Part shown: piece by piece, positions 45,032-55,011 of the stretch
Numbering within the stretch: position 1 is the stretch's first letter
How the letters are laid out: every line of letters starts with the position of its first letter
Source of the DNA: a virus
Lineage: Duplodnaviria; Caudoviricetes
DNA length: 55,205 bases
IMG/VR virus record: IMGVR_UViG_3300031974_005644
Location: 1-55,205 of that record
Strand: one strand, 5' to 3'
The notes under the pieces: generated by a model
Told to the model about the DNA's origin: nothing
Seen by the model: only the letters and a program-made list of their open reading frames with translations
The model's database searches: none
Position numbers and translations under genes: made by a program

Positions 45032-45562
45032 ATGGCGCGCAAGAAAACACTATTTGAACTGCGACCTTTCGACAACGAATCCTTTGCGGCCACCGTTGAA
45101 CGCTGGCAAGGGAAAACGAACATGGGGTTCCCCGCTGACATAGAAATGTCTCTGTCGTGGGCGGACGCTCACCGAGACTACGCGTCTCCATCTGGAGACT
45201 TTTCGTATGGAATTTTTGGCTCCAACTCGGAGGGCGCGGCGGCAATCACAACCCTTGTTTACCGGAAAGACGGCCGTCGCTGGCTAAAAATGCTTGATCT
45301 CCGGCTGTCGCCAGAGCTTGATGCCAGCCTGAACGACGGAGGTGAGTACCTGTCTGAGATCGCATCCATTTTTACTGAGGCGATAGCCGGTACATTGCGC
45401 CTGACCGCAGTGCACAAAAGCGACACCGTGAAGCTATACGCGAGGTCGAGCGGTCTGCTATCGTTCTTCAAGGGTCTGACGGCCCACCTACAGAGCGCGA
45501 ACAGCGCCGACAAGTTGACCACGACCATCGAAGGCAGATGGATGGTCTTTCGCAGCAAATAA
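45032..45562 (+). CDS. hypothetical protein, cI-linked accessory gene
   Basis: 176-aa globular ORF starting 8 nt after the cI stop; AT-richer DNA. Confidence 0.7.
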   Translation: MARKKTLFELRPFDNESFAATVERWQGKTNMGFPADIEMSLSWADAHRDYASPSGDFSYGIFGSNSEGAAAITTLVYRKDGRRWLKMLDLRLSPELDASLNDGGEYLSEIASIFTEAIAGTLRLTAVHKSDTVKLYARSSGLLSFFKGLTAHLQSANSADKLTTTIEGRWMVFRSK

Positions 45563-45574
45563 TTGGAGATGTTC

Positions 45575-45769
45575 ATGGCGATTTCCCACATCAATGGGGC
45601 TTGCCTTTGGGAGAGGGTAAAGCACCAGGAAGCCCAGATCGTGGCCTCAATCAGCAATGCTGTTCACACTCAGGTCGCTGCACTCGGTGACCAGATTGTC
45701 ACCTTGGAATGGGCCAGTTGGGCCGCGCGTCGCGCACTTGACGACATGCCCGTTCAGCGGGCAGCCTGA
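45575..45769 (+). CDS. small hypothetical protein, partner of the upstream gene
   Basis: GGAG SD; followed by a terminator. Confidence 0.55.
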   Translation: MAISHINGACLWERVKHQEAQIVASISNAVHTQVAALGDQIVTLEWASWAARRALDDMPVQRAA

Positions 45770-45784
45770 TCTGAGCTAGCACAA

Positions 45785-45808
45785 GAGCCCCGCCAGCCGG
45801 GGCTTTTT
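45785..45808 (+). terminator. intrinsic terminator closing the cI operon
   Basis: AGCCCCG-CCAGC-CGGGGCT followed by TTTT. Confidence 0.75.
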
Positions 45809-45815
45809 CATGCCC

Positions 45816-45965
45816 ATGACCTACCCCGCCGCTCTCGCCCTCGCCGCCCGCTACGGCCTGCAGCGCGAATTTGCCATGTCGTATCGGCAGGTCCGGCCCT
45901 GGTGGGCGTTCTGGGTCAGCGAGGATTGGGCAGTGCAGATGTCACTTGAGGACTGCGACCTATGA
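45816..45965 (+). CDS. 49-aa hypothetical protein (below the ORF-track cutoff)
   Basis: MTYPAALALAARYGLQREFAMSYRQVRPWWAFWVSEDWAVQMSLEDCDL; ATGA overlap with the next gene. Confidence 0.5.
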   Translation: MTYPAALALAARYGLQREFAMSYRQVRPWWAFWVSEDWAVQMSLEDCDL

Positions 45966-46267
45966 GCAATGATGAGCGACTAGGGTATCTGGCGATTTTT
46001 GCGTTAGTGTTCTTCGGCGTGCAGTACGCGACCTACGCGATCCTGTTGCCGAACGCCAAAACCCACACAGTCGCAGGTTTCTTCAAAGGGTGGGGGCTCG
46101 GATGGGCCGTAGCGCTCGGGCTGGTGATCCTGTTAGAAGGATTGTGGCCGACAGCGGACCCAACTAGCTGGCGTCTAAGAGGCGCTGTATTGCTGTCTGC
46201 GTACATGGCATCTTGGGCTTGCTGGGCCAAATCAGGGGGCATCAAGGGCCAGCAACGAGGCGCTTAA
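45962..46267 (+). CDS. three-TM membrane protein
   Basis: Three hydrophobic segments. Confidence 0.6.
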   Translation: MSNDERLGYLAIFALVFFGVQYATYAILLPNAKTHTVAGFFKGWGLGWAVALGLVILLEGLWPTADPTSWRLRGAVLLSAYMASWACWAKSGGIKGQQRGA

Positions 46268-46283
46268 CGCGTAGCGAGCGCAT

Positions 46284-46553
46284 TCAGTCCTGCATCTCCA
46301 ATATCCGCACGTCGCCCGTGTCGTGATCATAGATCTCGACCTCAACCGTCGATCCGTACCGTCGAATCGACTCGACATCGCCGTAGCGATATTCCCCAGC
46401 GCCATGATCGAAGTATTCGACTTCTCGACCGGGCCGGACGAGATTTCCACTCTCAATCTCGACATCTGAGCCACTTTCCAAATCGTAGCCGTCCCACGCA
46501 TGACCAACCTGCACGGCGAAAGCCAACAAACCCCAGACTAACAAGCGCTGCAT
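46284..46553 (-). CDS. secreted protein, DUF5334-like
   Basis: Signal peptide, then WDGYD...VEIESGNLVRPG; GGGAG SD. Confidence 0.7.
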   Translation of the reverse strand: MQRLLVWGLLAFAVQVGHAWDGYDLESGSDVEIESGNLVRPGREVEYFDHGAGEYRYGDVESIRRYGSTVEVEIYDHDTGDVRILEMQD

Positions 46554-46615
46554 GTCGTTCTCCCTAGTGAGCACCGACAGTACACCGGCACGCAAGACAC
46601 GCACAACCGCGAACG

Positions 46616-46641
46616 CAACCCCGCCCCGAGCGGGGTTTTTT
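46616..46641 (+). terminator. intrinsic terminator
   Basis: AACCCCGC-CCCGA-GCGGGGTT followed by TTTT. Confidence 0.7.
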
Positions 46642-46679
46642 GTGCCCGTCGATCACGATAATGACGGCATGACAAATAA

Positions 46680-46721
46680 TTACCTTGAGGTATTGCATCA
46701 CAGTTTATCTGCGGGTATAGT
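46680..46721 (+). promoter_or_regulatory. PL promoter with two OL operators
   Basis: TTGCAT-17-TATAGT (46693-46721); operators TTACCTTGAGGTAT and TTATCTGCGGGTAT match the OR consensus. Confidence 0.8.
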
Positions 46722-46760
46722 CTCTCCATCGCCCCACCAAAGGCAGCAATGGAGATGGAG

Positions 46761-47063
46761 ATGGCCCACAACGACACAAAGCACCCCAGCAGCGGGGCGC
46801 GAATTCTCATCGAACGGGCAGGATTCGGCACGCGGCTCACCGTTGGCGAGCCGGGCAACCGGACACTGCTGGTGGCCTACGCGCACCACGACGCCCCCGC
46901 CGACGAAGCGGTCGTGATCGCCACCACCGCGTGGCTCAACGACGAGCCACTCAGCACCCGCAACTGGGGGCCATCGGCGGTCATGCAGTGCGACGAGACG
47001 CTGCGCAAGCTACTGCCCTGGGCCTTCCGGGCACGGGCCGCCGCCCAGGGGGCAACGCCATGA
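46761..47063 (+). CDS. hypothetical early protein
   Basis: First ORF after PL; GGAG SDs. Confidence 0.6.
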   Translation: MAHNDTKHPSSGARILIERAGFGTRLTVGEPGNRTLLVAYAHHDAPADEAVVIATTAWLNDEPLSTRNWGPSAVMQCDETLRKLLPWAFRARAAAQGATP

Positions 47064-47218
47064 TCCGCCCCTTCATTTCCCGCATGCGCGCCGACTGGCG
47101 CGAGCTGCCGCAGACCTGGCGGCCCAACCCGGCAACCGTCGGGCACATCGCTCGCGAAGCCGATGCACTGCGGGCCAATGGCGAGCGCAATGCGGCGCTG
47201 CTGGAGGGTGGCAAGTGA
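47060..47218 (+). CDS. hypothetical early protein
   Basis: ATGA/GTGA coupled chain. Confidence 0.5.
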   Translation: MIRPFISRMRADWRELPQTWRPNPATVGHIAREADALRANGERNAALLEGGK

Positions 47219-47433
47219 GCGCGGACTACCAAAAGCTGGGCGAAGCCCTCGGCAAGATCGCCGTGCAGGTGCGCAATTTGGACGAGCGCGCCGATCGCCT
47301 AGAGCGTCAACGCGACAGCCTGCTTACGGCCCTGATCGGCTGCATTGAGCACATGGAGTACAGCAATCCGCAGGGCGAACAGGCATGCAATGCGGCTCAG
47401 GCTCTCATCATGGTGCTGGGCGGTGACGCATGA
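47215..47433 (+). CDS. hypothetical early protein
   Basis: Coupled; coiled coil. Confidence 0.55.
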   Translation: MSADYQKLGEALGKIAVQVRNLDERADRLERQRDSLLTALIGCIEHMEYSNPQGEQACNAAQALIMVLGGDA

Positions 47434-47645
47434 GCACCCACACCATCCGCGTACGCCTACCCGCCGACGCCAGCGCCATGAGCGTGACGATGGCCCTCGC
47501 CTCAGTTGCGCAGCGCATGGACTTTCGCCTCACGGCCACGCACGCCGAGCCGGGCATCACCGACATCGAAATGAAGCCCGGCTACGTGCCGAGCAACGTC
47601 ATCCCCATGCGCCGGACTGGCGCGATTAAAGGAGTTAAATCGTGA
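47430..47645 (+). CDS. hypothetical early protein
   Basis: Coupled; NVIPM motif. Confidence 0.55.
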   Translation: MSTHTIRVRLPADASAMSVTMALASVAQRMDFRLTATHAEPGITDIEMKPGYVPSNVIPMRRTGAIKGVKS

Positions 47646-48379
47646 ATGCACTCACCGTTATAGAGCCGCGCGCGCAAGCGCCGGTCCCCTTGCATGACAT
47701 GCAGCACATGGCCAACGCCATGGCCGCATCCGGTTTCTTCGGCTTCAAGACGCCTGACCAGGCGCTGGCGATCATGTTGATCGCACACGCCAACGGCCAG
47801 CACCCGGCAAGCGCTGCGCAGGATTACGACGTGATCCAAAACAAGCCCACGAAGAAGCCGCAGGCGATGTTGCGTGACTTTCTGGCGGCAGGCGGAAAGG
47901 TCGAATGGCACGAAGCCACAGCAGCCGCTGCAGACGCCACGTTCAGTCATCCTCGCGGTGGCTCTCTGCGCGTTCGGTGGGATATGGCGCGCGCTCAACA
48001 GATGGGCCTTTCCGGAAAGGACAACTACAAGAAGCAGCCCGGCGTGATGTTCCGCTGGCGCTGCGTTGCCGAGGGCGTCCGCATCGTCTACCCAGGCGCT
48101 ACCGCTGGGCTGTACACGCCCGAAGAGGTATTGGAGCTTGACCCCACCGCAGCCGAACCGGTGCGAACCGCCATCGGCAGCGCGCGCAACAGCGCCCTCA
48201 TGCCCTACCCGGCTGATGAATTCGCCAAGAACAGCCCGGCATGGGAAGCCGCCATCCGGTCCGGCAAGGCATCAGCTCATGAGGTCATCACAAAGGTCCA
48301 GACCAAGGGCCTGCTGAGCGAAGACCAGATGCAGGCGCTGCGCGACTGCGAAACCACCGACGCGGAGAACGCAGAATGA
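47642..48379 (+). CDS. putative single-strand annealing recombinase (RecT-like)
   Basis: A.SGFFG.KT..QA.A.ML, DN YKK.P..M.RWR...G.R...PG...GLYTPEE; paired with the YqaJ exonuclease. Confidence 0.65.
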   Translation: MNALTVIEPRAQAPVPLHDMQHMANAMAASGFFGFKTPDQALAIMLIAHANGQHPASAAQDYDVIQNKPTKKPQAMLRDFLAAGGKVEWHEATAAAADATFSHPRGGSLRVRWDMARAQQMGLSGKDNYKKQPGVMFRWRCVAEGVRIVYPGATAGLYTPEEVLELDPTAAEPVRTAIGSARNSALMPYPADEFAKNSPAWEAAIRSGKASAHEVITKVQTKGLLSEDQMQALRDCETTDAENAE

Positions 48380-50139
48380 AAACCATCGCAGGAATGACCC
48401 AAGGCGATGCCGCGTGGCATGCCCACCGAGCCACAACCCGTAACGCCAGTGACGCGCCGGCCGTTATGGGCGTGTCGCCCTACACCACCCGCAGCGAACT
48501 GGTGAAGCGCTACGCCACCGGCATCGCGCCGACGGTCGACGAAGCGACACAGCGCCGCTTTGATAGCGGCCATGAAGTGGAGCCCGCCCTTCGCGCCATT
48601 GCCGAAGGCATCGCCGGAGAAGAGTTCTATCCCGCCGTGGCCGCCAGCGATGACGGCTACTTGGGCGCCAGCTTCGACGGCGTGACGATGTTGGATGACG
48701 CCATCTGCGAAGTGAAGCTCGCCAACCGCGCGAAGATGGAAACGATCCGCGACGGCTTCATCCCCGAGGGTGATCGTTGGCAGATCGTTCAGCAGTTCGC
48801 CGTGTGCGAGTCCGCCACCCGCTGCATCTACGTCTGCGGCGACGGCACCGAGGACGGCAGCGAGTCGCTGATCATCGAACGCGCCGACATCGAGGCCGAC
48901 ATCCCGACGCTGATCGCCGCGTGGGAACAGTTCGACGCCGACGTTGCCGCGTACGTGCCCCAGGAAGCCGCCCCGGTCGTCGTGGCCACCCCTACCGAAT
49001 CCCTGCCCGCCGTCTCAGTGCGCATGGACGGCGCAATCGCCGTCATCAGCAACCTCGACCTGTTCGGCGACCGGCTCAAGGCGTTCGTCGCCGGCCTGGA
49101 CATGAAGCCCGACACCGACCAGGCGTTCGCCGATGCCGAGGCCGCAGTCAAGACGCTGAAAAAGGCCGAAGAGGCGCTGACCACCGCCGAAGAATCCGCG
49201 CTGGCGCAGATCGACCCAGTCGAGGCCATGCGCCGCCAAGTCGCCGATCTGCACGAAACCGCGCGCAGTACGCGCCTGCTTCTGGAAAAGGTCACCAAGG
49301 CGCGCAAGGAGCAGATTCGCACCGAGGAAGTGGCCAAGGCCCGCGCGCAGTTCAGCGCCCACGTCGAGGCCATCAACAAGACCTTGGGCGGCAAGGTTCG
49401 CCTGCCCGACGTGCCGGCCGATTTCGGAGGCGCGATCAAAGGGCTCAAGACCCTGACCAGCCTGCGCGACGCCATCAGCACCGAATTGGCACGCGCCAAG
49501 ATCGAGGCCGACCGTATCGCCAACGGCATCCGCACCAATCTGGAATTGCTGCGCACCGAAGCCGCCGGGCATGGGTCGCTTTTCGTCGATGCCCAGCAGC
49601 TCGTCACTAGCAAGTCAGAAGACGACCTGCGCAACCTCATCAAGACCCGCATCGCCGAACACCAGCAACGCGAACAGGCCCGGCTTGATGCCGAACGTGC
49701 CCGCATCCGTGCCGAGGAAGAAGCCCGTGCCCAGCGTGAGGCCGATGCAAAAGCCGAGCAGGAACGCCAGCGCATCCGGCAGGAAGAGCAGGCCAAGGCG
49801 CGGCAGGAAGCCGAAGACCGGCGCCGGCTGGATGCCCACGCATCGGCAGAGCGCAGCGCCGCTGCAGCCGAATCGATGGCGCGCAGCGAAGAGCCGCCCA
49901 AGTACGACGCCAAGCCCTCGAATGACAGCGGCGCACGCATCCGCCTGGGCGAGCTGAACGCCCTCATCGCCCCGCTGTCCATCAGCGCCGATGGCCTGGC
50001 GCAGCTCGGCTTTGAACACGTCGCCACCGAGAAGGCCGCGAAGCTCTACCGCGCGTCCGACCTGCCGCGAATCCTCGGCCGCATGGCCCAACACATCGTC
50101 GATGCCGCGAAGGCCGACGCACTCAAGAAGGCGGCATAG
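48376..50139 (+). CDS. YqaJ-family exonuclease with a long coiled-coil C-terminus
   Basis: QG..AWHAHR...ASDAP..MG.SPY.TR, GHE.E, ASFDG, EVK, QIVQQ. Confidence 0.88.
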   Translation: MKTIAGMTQGDAAWHAHRATTRNASDAPAVMGVSPYTTRSELVKRYATGIAPTVDEATQRRFDSGHEVEPALRAIAEGIAGEEFYPAVAASDDGYLGASFDGVTMLDDAICEVKLANRAKMETIRDGFIPEGDRWQIVQQFAVCESATRCIYVCGDGTEDGSESLIIERADIEADIPTLIAAWEQFDADVAAYVPQEAAPVVVATPTESLPAVSVRMDGAIAVISNLDLFGDRLKAFVAGLDMKPDTDQAFADAEAAVKTLKKAEEALTTAEESALAQIDPVEAMRRQVADLHETARSTRLLLEKVTKARKEQIRTEEVAKARAQFSAHVEAINKTLGGKVRLPDVPADFGGAIKGLKTLTSLRDAISTELARAKIEADRIANGIRTNLELLRTEAAGHGSLFVDAQQLVTSKSEDDLRNLIKTRIAEHQQREQARLDAERARIRAEEEARAQREADAKAEQERQRIRQEEQAKARQEAEDRRRLDAHASAERSAAAAESMARSEEPPKYDAKPSNDSGARIRLGELNALIAPLSISADGLAQLGFEHVATEKAAKLYRASDLPRILGRMAQHIVDAAKADALKKAA

Positions 50140-50141
50140 AC

Positions 50142-50582
50142 ATGGCACGCGGAGTCAATAAGGTGATCTTGATCGGCAACCTCGGCAAAGACCCCGAGGT
50201 TCGCTACTTCCCCAGCGGCGATGCCATCGCCAACGCCACGTTGGCCACCACCGAGAGCTGGAAGGACAAGCAGACCGGCGAGGCCAAAGAGGCGACCGAG
50301 TGGCATGCACTGACCTTCCCCGGAAAGCTCGGCGAGATCGCCGGGAAGTACCTCACCAAAGGTTCGAAGGTCTACGTCGAGGGCAGCCTGCGCACCCGCA
50401 AATGGCAGGACAAGGAAGGCCGCGACCGGTACACGACCGAGATTCGCGTCAGTGACCTGCAGATGCTCGACGGGAAGCCGGAGGGGCAGCATCAGGCCCC
50501 GGCGCGTCAGCATCAACCGCAGCGGCAAGCCGCGCAGAGCGAGCCTGCTGGGTTTGATGATGACCCAATGATCCCGTTCTGA
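50142..50582 (+). CDS. ssb: single-stranded DNA-binding protein
   Basis: [22 protein letters not shown]...[16 protein letters not shown]; acidic tail ending IPF. Confidence 0.97.
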   Translation: MARGVNKVILIGNLGKDPEVRYFPSGDAIANATLATTESWKDKQTGEAKEATEWHALTFPGKLGEIAGKYLTKGSKVYVEGSLRTRKWQDKEGRDRYTTEIRVSDLQMLDGKPEGQHQAPARQHQPQRQAAQSEPAGFDDDPMIPF

Positions 50583-50585
50583 CCC

Positions 50586-51062
50586 ATGCGAGCCTGCAAA
50601 CAATGCGGCGCCGAGAAGGCTGTTGCGGATTTCTACTCAAGTCCTCAGCAGCCGTGTAAGGAATGCCACAAGGGGAATGCTAGGGAACATCGGCTGTCTC
50701 GGCTTGATGAGGCGCGGGCCTATGACCGTCGAAGAGCGAACGCCCCGCACCGGGTCTCCGCTCGCAAGGCATACGCAAAAAGCCCTCGCGGGCAGGAGCG
50801 GATGCGGATCGGAAAGGCCGGGTATGCCGAGAAGCATGCCGCAAGGCGGGCCGCTAACGTCGCGCTGGGAAACGCAGTGCGCGATGGCCGAGTCCTAAAG
50901 GGGACATGCCTTGTCTGCGGCGAAGAGAAATCGCAGGGCCATCACTTTGACTATTCCAGGCCGTTGGAAGTCGTCTGGCTATGCGTTCACCACCACGCTG
51001 CGGTTCACAAAGTGGACCGGGAGATAAAGCGCATCACGGCTCCCAAGGGGCATTCGGCATGA
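50586..51062 (+). CDS. HNH-like zinc-finger endonuclease
   Basis: CKQC...CKEC; CLVCG...HHFDYSRPLEVVWLC..HH..VH. Confidence 0.7.
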   Translation: MRACKQCGAEKAVADFYSSPQQPCKECHKGNAREHRLSRLDEARAYDRRRANAPHRVSARKAYAKSPRGQERMRIGKAGYAEKHAARRAANVALGNAVRDGRVLKGTCLVCGEEKSQGHHFDYSRPLEVVWLCVHHHAAVHKVDREIKRITAPKGHSA

Positions 51063-51613
51063 CCCTCATCTTCCGCCACCACGAAGCCGACGGCATCCGG
51101 TCTGAGGCCGTGTTCAGCGAATGCGAGCGCTACCGGTACCTGCTGACCCGCCGCTGGTCACGTGAGCCTAAGGCCGTTCTGTTGGCTATGAACCCCAGCA
51201 CAGCCACCGAGGTGCAGAGCGACGCAACTATCACCCGCTTCATGCGGCGCGTGACCGCATGGAACATGACCGGCTGGTTTGCACCCGGCCAGCGATACGG
51301 CGCAGTCAGCATCGTCAACGTTTTCGCGTGGCGCGAGACCGACAGCAAGCAACTGCCAAAGCGCATCGCCGAGGGTCGAGACATCGTCGGCTGGCACAAC
51401 GACACGGCAATCACCGAGGCCTGCGCCGACGCAGGCATCGTCATCTGCGGATGGGGCCAGCCCGGAAACCTGATGGGTCGTGGCCCGGCAGTCATGCAGA
51501 TGCTGCGGCGTCAGGGCATCCGACTTCATGCGCTGGCCATCAACGCCGACGGCACGCCCAAGCATCCGCTTTACATCGGCTATTCAGCCGCTCCGGTGGA
51601 GATCGAGGCATGA
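51059..51613 (+). CDS. DUF1643-family protein
   Basis: RYRY.LTRRW, MNPSTA...D.TI, NVFA.R.TD, CGWG, G.PKHPLY. Confidence 0.85.
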   Translation: MTLIFRHHEADGIRSEAVFSECERYRYLLTRRWSREPKAVLLAMNPSTATEVQSDATITRFMRRVTAWNMTGWFAPGQRYGAVSIVNVFAWRETDSKQLPKRIAEGRDIVGWHNDTAITEACADAGIVICGWGQPGNLMGRGPAVMQMLRRQGIRLHALAINADGTPKHPLYIGYSAAPVEIEA

Positions 51614-52380
51614 GCCTATCCACCACCCTGCGCCTGCCGCCCACCATCGCCGAAATGGTCGGCCATCGCGACCGCGCCGTATCCCACCTGCGCGAAGCGG
51701 GGCGCTGCATTGATCAGGCCGAAGAAGCGGCGACAATGATCCGGCGCCACGCCATGCCATTCGGTGCGCGCTTTCAGCAGCCGCTCGACAGGCTGATCGC
51801 CGAGCTGGATCGCGTCGCCTGGCGAGAAGCTTTCCGCATCGGCGGCTTCGAAGCGGTCTGGGATGCCCAGGCCCGCAAAGAGTTCGACGACTCGCTCGAA
51901 AAGTGCCCGCCAGAGTTCACAGAAGCGAACCTGCGCGACAACCTGCTGGAGTACCTGCCGCAGAAAGATCACCTGTTCGCACGCGGGCTGGTGACCATCT
52001 TCCGCAGGCTCAGCGGCGACTACAAACGCCACGCCGATGCCGGGTTCAGCGTGCCGCAGAATATGATCGTGCGGAGCTGGTCAAGCGCCAGTTATTTCCG
52101 TGGGCGAATGATCGCCTACTACTACAGCGACGAAGTCCGCGACTTCATGCGCGTGCTCTACAAGCTGACCGATCGCGAGTTCGACTACGGCCCGGTGCAG
52201 TCGCTGATCAACGCCGCATGGGGCGACAACTTGGCATTCGAGGACGAATACGTCGTCCTGATCCCGCACAAGAACGGGAACGTCCACATCCATATCAAGG
52301 ACCGTGCCCTGCTGGCGCGGATCAACACCGTCGTTGCCGATTACTACGAAGGCAACGCATTGGGAGAGGCCGCCGCATGA
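51610..52380 (+). CDS. DUF4942-like protein
   Basis: LDR.AW...PPEFTEAN...FARGLV..FR.LSGDYK...KNGNVHI. Confidence 0.75.
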   Translation: MSLSTTLRLPPTIAEMVGHRDRAVSHLREAGRCIDQAEEAATMIRRHAMPFGARFQQPLDRLIAELDRVAWREAFRIGGFEAVWDAQARKEFDDSLEKCPPEFTEANLRDNLLEYLPQKDHLFARGLVTIFRRLSGDYKRHADAGFSVPQNMIVRSWSSASYFRGRMIAYYYSDEVRDFMRVLYKLTDREFDYGPVQSLINAAWGDNLAFEDEYVVLIPHKNGNVHIHIKDRALLARINTVVADYYEGNALGEAAA

Positions 52381-52580
52381 CCGCCGATCGTACAACCGAC
52401 AACCGCATCAAATACAGCGACGCCATCGTGCGCCGCGCCCGGCAGCTACACGCACGGCGCGTTTGGACTGCGCCGGAAATCCGCGAACACTTAGCCGATG
52501 AAGGCGTCACCGTGAACCTGTCGTGCCTGAAAGCATGGCTACGGGGCGACACCCGGCGCGATGTTGGAGGGATGGCCTGA
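52377..52580 (+). CDS. small HTH-like protein
   Basis: KYSDAIVRRAR.L...WLRG.TR; coupled. Confidence 0.55.
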   Translation: MTADRTTDNRIKYSDAIVRRARQLHARRVWTAPEIREHLADEGVTVNLSCLKAWLRGDTRRDVGGMA

Positions 52581-52963
52581 TGCCGACGCTATCTGAAATG
52601 AACGAACACGCCAACGATGCCGAGCATCAGGCATTCCAACGGGCTTATGACGCGTTGCTGGACATTGCCAAGGACCCAATCACCTGTCGGCATTTTTGGG
52701 ACGTGGGCCGCCTCGACTATGCCAGAGAGACCGAACAAGAATTGGCCATTGCCTACATAGACGGCCACGCACGGGGACGGGAGTCGCTGCGGATTGAATT
52801 GGAGAGGCAGGAGGCCAAAGCCCAGCCACCTGACGTGAGGGAGTTGGTGGAGGCGTTGCGCGGGCTGATTGCTCATCACGAAGGGCGCGACGATTACGGG
52901 ACAGACTTTCAATATTGGAAGCGCGCCCGCGCCGCACTGGCGAAGTTTGGGGGTGGGGAATGA
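52580..52963 (+). CDS. hypothetical protein
   Basis: Coupled; ELVEALRGL...ARAALAK phage motif. Confidence 0.55.
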   Translation: MPTLSEMNEHANDAEHQAFQRAYDALLDIAKDPITCRHFWDVGRLDYARETEQELAIAYIDGHARGRESLRIELERQEAKAQPPDVRELVEALRGLIAHHEGRDDYGTDFQYWKRARAALAKFGGGE

Positions 52964-53145
52964 GCGTTGAATGCGAACACTGTGGTCGCGGGCCTCACAC
53001 CGGGGATGCAGTTTACCGAGCTAACGAGAAGGGCGTCACCGGGCGCTGGCGCTGCAAGCTGCATCTAAACGAGACGGCCCGAAAAACCCACGACAGCGCG
53101 ACCGGCGACATCGTGCGCCTGATTGAAAAGGACAGGAAACCATGA
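52960..53145 (+). CDS. small zinc-binding hypothetical protein
   Basis: CEHC...R.N.KG..G.W.C..H. Confidence 0.55.
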   Translation: MSVECEHCGRGPHTGDAVYRANEKGVTGRWRCKLHLNETARKTHDSATGDIVRLIEKDRKP

Positions 53146-53990
53146 ACCACCGCGAAGTAATGCAGCAGGCGTTGGATGCCCTCGAATGGGTGAACGACAA
53201 CACGGCTGACGAAATGTCAATCGTTGACGCGGCGTTGTTTGATCTGCGATGCGAACTCGACAAGCCTGAAGAAAAAGCTGTCCGCGATCTTGAAGAGGCG
53301 GAGCAGTACATACAGAACAGCATCGACTGCGCGCCAGAACCACTGAAGCGCCTTGGCGAGTGGCTGACCAATGTTCTGGACGAGAACCAGTGGCCGCATG
53401 CCGAGAGGTTGTTGCTCGGGGCAATTGCCGCCAAGCCTGCGGCGGGGGCGGAGGGCTGGGCGATGGTGCCGAAAGAGCCGACGTGGGAAATGAACGCGGC
53501 TGGTAGTAATGCGGGAGGTCTAGGGTACAGAGACGTCGAAAACATCAGCGATGATGATGCAGAAGACGTTTACAAAGCAATGCTCGCCGCCGCTCCTCAA
53601 CCCCCAGCGCCTGCCGTCGATGTTGAGGCGGTGCCTGCCGGTTGGGTGATGGTGCAACCCGGTGGCCCACGCACGCCAGATAACAGCATGGTCATCTGCC
53701 CTTGCTGCACGCACCAGTTCCACGCGATCAGTGTGGACGATCAAGAACGAATGCGCGCCTTGCCCGAGCCTGCGGCGGTGCCGACAGATGAAGCGATTGT
53801 CGCGGCGTTCAAGGCTGCTGGGATGAACACCGACATCGACCAGATGCCGAACATGCTCTATTCGGTGCGCGGCCAACTCGCACAGTTGATTAACGGAGCG
53901 CGCGCGCTGCTTGCAGACCAACAGCCTGCTGCGGTGCCGGATGGGCAAAACAACAAAGGAGAATGCCAATGCCCTCTATGCAAAGAGTAA
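53142..53990 (+). CDS. modular hypothetical protein
   Basis: GWAMVPKEPTWEM...YKAMLAAAP module plus a CPCC module. Confidence 0.65.
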   Translation: MNHREVMQQALDALEWVNDNTADEMSIVDAALFDLRCELDKPEEKAVRDLEEAEQYIQNSIDCAPEPLKRLGEWLTNVLDENQWPHAERLLLGAIAAKPAAGAEGWAMVPKEPTWEMNAAGSNAGGLGYRDVENISDDDAEDVYKAMLAAAPQPPAPAVDVEAVPAGWVMVQPGGPRTPDNSMVICPCCTHQFHAISVDDQERMRALPEPAAVPTDEAIVAAFKAAGMNTDIDQMPNMLYSVRGQLAQLINGARALLADQQPAAVPDGQNNKGECQCPLCKE

Positions 53991-54331
53991 GCCCCGAAGA
54001 AATTCTGCACGTTGCCTTGTGTCAGGCGGTTGGCCTGATGAACGGATCACTGATTTTTGCGCAAAGCGAAGAAGGCCAGCAAGTGCGAAATACTTTGAGG
54101 ACGGCGCTGACGGAATACGCCGATGCCTACATGGATCAGCCCGTAACTGAAGCGGAACGGGCCGCGATGATTCGCGGTCACGCCAATTCTGCGGTTGATG
54201 TTGAGGCGGTGCGGGGCACTATCTTCAGGATGAAGGACAACCATAAGCTCAGAGAATCCCGATGCAAGCCAGACCCACTGATCTCGATTTGGGCCAACGA
54301 ACTCGCCCGCGCTATTGGAGATGAGAAATGA
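53963..54331 (+). CDS. hypothetical protein
   Basis: AAGGAG SD; coupled to the next gene. Confidence 0.55.
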   Translation: MPMPSMQRVSPEEILHVALCQAVGLMNGSLIFAQSEEGQQVRNTLRTALTEYADAYMDQPVTEAERAAMIRGHANSAVDVEAVRGTIFRMKDNHKLRESRCKPDPLISIWANELARAIGDEK

Positions 54332-54528
54332 GCAAATGGCAGCCGATTGAGACAGCGCCCCGAGACGGAACGGTTGTTGATTTGTGGTACCACAAGGAAC
54401 GTATTACCGACTACCGATGGATACAAATTTCAAAAACCAACGGCTTTTTCCAGTGTGTTGATAGCGGGTATACGTGCGTGCGTGACGCAACCCATTGGAT
54501 GTCGATCCCGGAGCCGCCCAATGAGTGA
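54328..54528 (+). CDS. DUF551-like protein
   Basis: WQPIETAPRDGT...THWM..PEPP. Confidence 0.8.
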   Translation: MSKWQPIETAPRDGTVVDLWYHKERITDYRWIQISKTNGFFQCVDSGYTCVRDATHWMSIPEPPNE

Positions 54529-54805
54529 TCTACTACAAGCGCGCATTGACGAACTCGAAGCCGAGAACAACCGGCTTTTGGAAACAGTAGATCGAATGCA
54601 ACAACTGTGGGCCGAGAACTCGGCAGCGGTTTACTGGAAAAAGGAATTCGACCGGGTGAGTTTGGATGCCACTCGGTACAGGTTTATCAGGAGCCTCAGC
54701 GCAGAGCAGTTTGATTCTGTGTTTGGCAATTGTCCACGGGACGCACAAACCGAGGCGCTTGATCGGTATATCGACGCCGCCATGAACCGGGAGCGCGGGG
54801 AATGA
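54521..54805 (+). CDS. hypothetical protein
   Basis: DATRYRFIR...LD..IDAAM phage motif. Confidence 0.65.
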   Translation: MSDLLQARIDELEAENNRLLETVDRMQQLWAENSAAVYWKKEFDRVSLDATRYRFIRSLSAEQFDSVFGNCPRDAQTEALDRYIDAAMNRERGE

Positions 54806-55011
54806 ACCCCATCTGCCTCCTATTCGCCATCTGGCGCACCATCCGCCTGAGCATCCGTTGTCGGAGCATCGTGGTCACAACCGGCCACGACTACCGGCTG
54901 ATCGAAGACACGCCGCCGAACGTCTGCGCGCTTAAGTGTGTGCGATGCGGGCACAGGACTGTCGAATGGTCGTGGTCGCCGCTGCCGTGTCATAGGGAGC
55001 GGGGCCAATGA
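54802..55011 (+). CDS. hypothetical protein
   Basis: Coupled; GH.Y...C.RCG. Confidence 0.5.
   Translation: MNPICLLFAIWRTIRLSIRCRSIVVTTGHDYRLIEDTPPNVCALKCVRCGHRTVEWSWSPLPCHRERGQ

Noticed and set aside
48828-50027. 399-aa minus-strand ORF
   Set aside because: Ser/Arg-rich antisense shadow of the YqaJ gene.
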